Assembly (NCBI GenBank): GCA_963641885.1
Contig: CAVIDY010000002.1
Location: 18,811-82,810, forward strand
Source of the DNA: Bacteroidaceae bacterium
GTDB taxonomy: Bacteria; Pseudomonadota; Alphaproteobacteria; RF32; CAG-239
DNA: 64,000 bases
Reading direction: 5' to 3'
Shown here: piece by piece, positions 60,374 to 64,000 of the stretch
Position numbering within the stretch: the first letter of the stretch is position 1
How the letters are laid out: every line of letters starts with the position of its first letter
Made by a program: the position numbers and the translations under genes
Notes under the pieces: model-generated
Seen by the model: the letters and a program-made list of their open reading frames with translations, nothing else
The model's database searches: none
What the model was told of the DNA's origin: nothing

Positions 60374-62158
60374 TCAGTTTTTGATAATTTTCTGTAAATT
60401 CCGCAAAACTTCAGGATTGGTCAAATGCAAAACCGTGTTATCGGCAGTACCGCTGTCGATTTTATGCTGCACTTTTTCTTTATCCAAAATATTTTCATCT
60501 TCTTTTAGAACAAGTGCGTGGCGCCATTGATAAACAGCCTCATTTTCACGCCCCACAAACCAATAAGCATCGCCCAAATGGTCGCTGATTACTGCATTTT
60601 CAGGATTGATGTCTGCCGCCTGCTCCAAAAAATATACAGCTTTATCATATTCGCCTGTTCTAAAAAGCGCCCAGCCAAGACTGTCAATAATATGTCCTTC
60701 ATACGGATAATTATGGTAGGCCTCCAAAATCATCTGCACCGCACTGTCAACGTTTTTGTTATTATCCAAATACACATATCCCAAATAATTTAGCACATTC
60801 GGATTCCGGTTGCTAAGCTCAACCGCCTTTTTCAAATATGCAACCGCTTTTTCATATTCGTTTTCCTGATAATACAAAGCACCAAGCGCATAATAAATCG
60901 ACCAGCTGGTTTGGTCAGGGTTCTTTTGAACTTCCAACGCTTGATGATACAATTTCATCGCCTCTTTATTTTGTTTGAGCTCGCGTTCAATATCAGCTAA
61001 ATTACTTAAAAGCATAACATTGTTCGGATATTCTTTTAACATTTCACGCAAATACTTTTCAGCTGTTTTATAATCTTTGAGAGCGTTCAAATTTTCAATA
61101 TTTTTCAAACGAGCTAAATAGTAAGAAGATGAATTTTTATCAATCTGCCCATAAATTCTGTTGGCATCGGCATAGTCACCCATATTTTCATAAACATTCG
61201 CTAGGGCAAATTTTGTAACTTCATAGTCCGGATTCAAATAAACCGAAGCCGCTAAATAAATTTGTGCCACCTCAGGAATATTCTCCATGCGGTACATTGT
61301 GCCAAGATTAAACATTACATCAGCAAAGCCTTTTTGCGGAGTATCTATTATGGCGGGGCTAGAAGAATCCGTATTGTCAATTTTTTGCCGCAGGCTTGTC
61401 AGCAGCAAAGCCATAGCGCCATTTTCTTTGTAATGATTAAAAATCTGCAAAGCCACATCTTTTTGATTATGGCGAATATAAAAATTAAGCATTACGTCAA
61501 GCAAACGATAGTTAATTTCCTCTGAGTATGATTTTAGAAATTTTCTATAAGTTTCATCGGCTTTTCGATAATTGTCTAAATAATCATAAATCATACCGGA
61601 GTGCATCAACTTCAGCGCATCATATCTTTTACCTTTTATTTTATTCAAGGAAGCAACCGCAGCCTTTTCCTGCTGTTCTCCGGCAAAAGTCCAAGCGTCG
61701 AACAGCGGACGAACAACTTTTTTATAGAAAGGATCGCGGTCAAAAGGCAGAATATCTTTACGCACTTTAGCATAATCGCCTTCCTTAAAATCTCTAGACG
61801 CCACAATGATAACCGGCACTAAAGATTTATTGCCGCCTTTAATGCTTTCTTCAGCATAAACAGCTGCCTCGTCAAATTTTCCTAGATACAGCATAATATT
61901 TGAAACCGCATTAGCAACATTTTTGTTTTGCGGAGATTTTTCCAAAACTATTTTATAGTACGCAGCAGCGTCTTCATAGTCATGACGAATATGAGCGACA
62001 TGCGCCGCCAAAACCGCTCCGTATAAGGAATTTGAGTGTTGAATAGTCTCTTTACTCTCCGTATCTGACCTTTGTGATTGTTTTCCAAAATCAAACACAT
62101 TTTGCGAGCATGCCAAAACGGCGGCAGACAATAAAATAACGGCGCAAACAGTCTTTTT
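60374..62158 (-). CDS. TPR-repeat lipoprotein
   Basis: Lipobox LLSAAVLAC|SQ after MKKTVCAV, then multiple TPR units. Confidence 0.7.
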   Translation of the reverse strand, partial: KKTVCAVILLSAAVLACSQNVFDFGKQSQRSDTESKETIQHSNSLYGAVLAAHVAHIRHDYEDAAAYYKIVLEKSPQNKNVANAVSNIMLYLGKFDEAAVYAEESIKGGNKSLVPVIIVASRDFKEGDYAKVRKDILPFDRDPFYKKVVRPLFDAWTFAGEQQEKAAVASLNKIKGKRYDALKLMHSGMIYDYLDNYRKADETYRKFLKSYSEEINYRLLDVMLNFYIRHNQKDVALQIFNHYKENGAMALLLTSLRQKIDNTDSSSPAIIDTPQKGFADVMFNLGTMYRMENIPEVAQIYLAASVYLNPDYEVTKFALANVYENMGDYADANRIYGQIDKNSSSYYLARLKNIENLNALKDYKTAEKYLREMLKEYPNNVMLLSNLADIERELKQNKEAMKLYHQALEVQKNPDQTSWSIYYALGALYYQENEYEKAVAYLKKAVELSNRNPNVLNYLGYVYLDNNKNVDSAVQMILEAYHNYPYEGHIIDSLGWALFRTGEYDKAVYFLEQAADINPENAVISDHLGDAYWFVGRENEAVYQWRHALVLKEDENILDKEKVQHKIDSGTADNTVLHLTNPEVLRNLQKIIKN

Positions 62159-62273
62159 CATAATATCTCTCATAACTTTTTACCTTAATGCACAATCTGT
62201 TTGTATAATATATAAAATTTATTAGCAATGTGTAAAGAGTCTTTATCGTATTGCAAAAAATGTATTTTAGAGT

Positions 62274-63095
62274 ATGATTGGCAGTCAGGGAGAAAAAATG
62301 GAAGATTTGGAAGGAATATTGCGTTGGTATATGCTGGGCGGAGTTGATGAAATTTACGCCGAAAAACCTTTTGACGCTTTGGCAAAACAAACGCCTGACA
62401 CCGCAAAAGCAGCAACACCAGCACCGATGGCTGTTTCGCAAGCATCGGCGCCGCAGCGTCCTGCCACAACTTTGCTGGCGCAAAGCAACAATAGCGCCTG
62501 CATAAACGCGCGGGAAATCTGTGCGTCTGCCCAAACCTTAGACGAATTAAAAATTGCCATGGAAAAATTTGAGGGCTGCTCCTTAAAATTTTCGGCAAAT
62601 TCCACGGTGTTTGGAAGTGGCAATCCGTCAGCACAAGTAATGTTTATCGGTGAAGCTCCTGGGGCTGATGAAGATATGCAAGGCAAGCCGTTTGTCGGGC
62701 GCAGCGGTCAGCTTTTGAGCAAAATGCTGACAGCAATCGCCTTAAAACGCGAAGATTGCTATATTACCAACGTATTGCCGTGGCGTCCTCCCGGAAACCG
62801 TACGCCAACCGACGGAGAAGTGGCGGTCTGCCTGCCTTTTTTACAGCGGCAAATAGAGTTGGTTAAGCCAAAATGCATATTTTTGCTGGGTGCCAGTGCG
62901 GCAAACGCTTTATTGGATAATGCTGACAGCATTTCACATTTGCGCGGAAAAGTATTGGATTATAAAACTTCGAACGGCGAGGTAATTTCAGCTTTATGCA
63001 GCTATCACCCAGCATTTTTGCTGCGCTCTCCGCAGCAAAAATCTAAGTCATGGAGTGATTTGCTGCGCCTGCAAAGAAAATTGCAGGAAAATTGA
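62274..63095 (+). CDS. Family-4 uracil-DNA glycosylase with an N-terminal extension and a Pro/Ala-rich linker
   Basis: The catalytic core carries the GEAPG (GEAPGADEDMQGKPFVGRSG) and HPAFLLR motifs. The N-terminal LRWYMLGGVDEIYAEKPFD domain is typical of alphaproteobacterial UdgX/family-4 proteins. Confidence 0.8.
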   Translation: MIGSQGEKMEDLEGILRWYMLGGVDEIYAEKPFDALAKQTPDTAKAATPAPMAVSQASAPQRPATTLLAQSNNSACINAREICASAQTLDELKIAMEKFEGCSLKFSANSTVFGSGNPSAQVMFIGEAPGADEDMQGKPFVGRSGQLLSKMLTAIALKREDCYITNVLPWRPPGNRTPTDGEVAVCLPFLQRQIELVKPKCIFLLGASAANALLDNADSISHLRGKVLDYKTSNGEVISALCSYHPAFLLRSPQQKSKSWSDLLRLQRKLQEN

Positions 63096-63164
63096 TTTTT
63101 TTGAAAAATTAAGGAAAATTAAACAATAAAGTTATATATATGTTACCATATTTAACCCTTTGGA

Positions 63165-63881
63165 GTGATAAAGATGCGTATGTTTAATAAAATTTTAGTT
63201 TCAGGTATCAGCTTTTTGACATTGTTTGCCTTGATGAATCCGGCAATGGCAGAAGAAAAAAAAGAAGATGAAGCTTCATCTAAGCCGGAAGCAATTTTGT
63301 TTCGTATAGAAAACATAAAACCAATTGCCAATAAAGACGGTTTAATTGATAAATGTAACTTTATGGTTACCGCTTTCAACCGTATGGATAAAGCTGTAAA
63401 AGAAGCTAAATTGAACTTTAAATGGACCGACAATATCTCGGGCAAATACGTGATTGACGGCTCGGACATTAAGGTAAAAAGTGGAAACGATGCGAAAACG
63501 GTTGTTAATACCGACATCACTCTTTCGGATATTGCTCCGCACACGCAAAAAAGCTTTGAAACAAGCGTTGATACAGACAAATGCTTTCTGTTGTTTGATA
63601 ACTTGGAATACACCGTTGAATCCTGCATGAACGAGGGCGACAAGGTAGAAATTAAAAACAGTAAAGTCGTCAGCAAAACAGAAGGCTGCAAAAACAACTT
63701 TGACTATATCGACTCGAAGAATCCAGAGTATTATTCCGAATTTAAAGATGTGCCCGAAAGCGTGATTGCCAAACAGGCTGAAGACGAAAAAAACAATGAA
63801 GTTGCAAAAATTTCAGAAAATTATCAAAATTCAATAAAAGATTTGCAAAAAGCCGTCACAACTCTTGACAGCATCAAATAA
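63165..63881 (+). CDS. Hypothetical secreted protein (signal peptide ...NPAMA|EEKK)
   Basis: ORF with a cleavable signal peptide and a Lys/Glu-rich mature part. Confidence 0.5.
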   Translation: MIKMRMFNKILVSGISFLTLFALMNPAMAEEKKEDEASSKPEAILFRIENIKPIANKDGLIDKCNFMVTAFNRMDKAVKEAKLNFKWTDNISGKYVIDGSDIKVKSGNDAKTVVNTDITLSDIAPHTQKSFETSVDTDKCFLLFDNLEYTVESCMNEGDKVEIKNSKVVSKTEGCKNNFDYIDSKNPEYYSEFKDVPESVIAKQAEDEKNNEVAKISENYQNSIKDLQKAVTTLDSIK

Positions 63882-63909
63882 TTCACCCTCATTTAGCGGA
63901 GAGCTGATA

Positions 63910-64000
63910 TGCTGAAAAAGCTTTGTTTACTGACAATTTTGTTTTTGGGTATAAATACGGCGCAGGCGCAGATGTTTGCTCCTAAGCAAAATGCGCAAAA
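63910..64000 (+). CDS. 5' end of a gene for a signal-peptide protein (MLKKLCLLTILFLGINTAQA|QMF...), truncated by the window edge
   Basis: ATG followed by a classic signal peptide; the frame is open to the window end. Confidence 0.35.

Overview
This 64 kb window is an AT-rich bacterial chromosome segment that is mostly core housekeeping genes, with two accessory patches. The lineage is very probably alphaproteobacterial, possibly a reduced or symbiont-like genome. This rests on four observations: lpxI sits between lipid A genes, envC-ctpA-rppH occur in that order, GroEL resembles alphaproteobacterial sequences, and a GAAC-N7-GAAC SOS box lies upstream of recA. Core content is:
- pth-rplY, groES-groEL, lpxI-lpxB-comEC-DUF805 (translationally coupled), fabI, recA, accBC and a cyclophilin;
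- the conserved block pyrH-frr-uppS-cdsA-rseP-bamA-lpxD-fabZ, with plsY-dprA-topA-infA read divergently;
- a PiT phosphate transporter with its DUF47 partner, dsbA, gpmI, envC-ctpA-rppH, a family-4 UDG, and tRNA-Gly(CCC) and tRNA-Phe(GAA).
The first unusual patch lies between groESL and tRNA-Gly (about 7.3-13.7 kb). It holds a GIY-YIG nuclease gene bracketed by inverted copies of a roughly 55-65 bp imperfect-palindromic repeat, then five tandem 45-bp derivative units. These abut the 3' end of a two-gene operon encoding a Cys-containing secreted protein and a 1133-aa protein whose N-terminus looks like a type IV prepilin (class III) signal. An A24 prepilin peptidase lies a few kb away, and comEC and dprA are also in the window. 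The second patch lies between recA and tRNA-Phe: an aldo/keto reductase gene and a small membrane protein gene, each delimited by about 23-bp direct repeats. Other notable items are a 1405-aa autotransporter with Chlamydia-Pmp-type GGA[ILV]/FxxN repeats, three monocistronic small genes with strong TTGACA promoters and atypical codon usage, and remnant att-like duplications of the tRNA-Gly 3' end. No CRISPR array, rRNA gene, transposase or integrase gene was seen.
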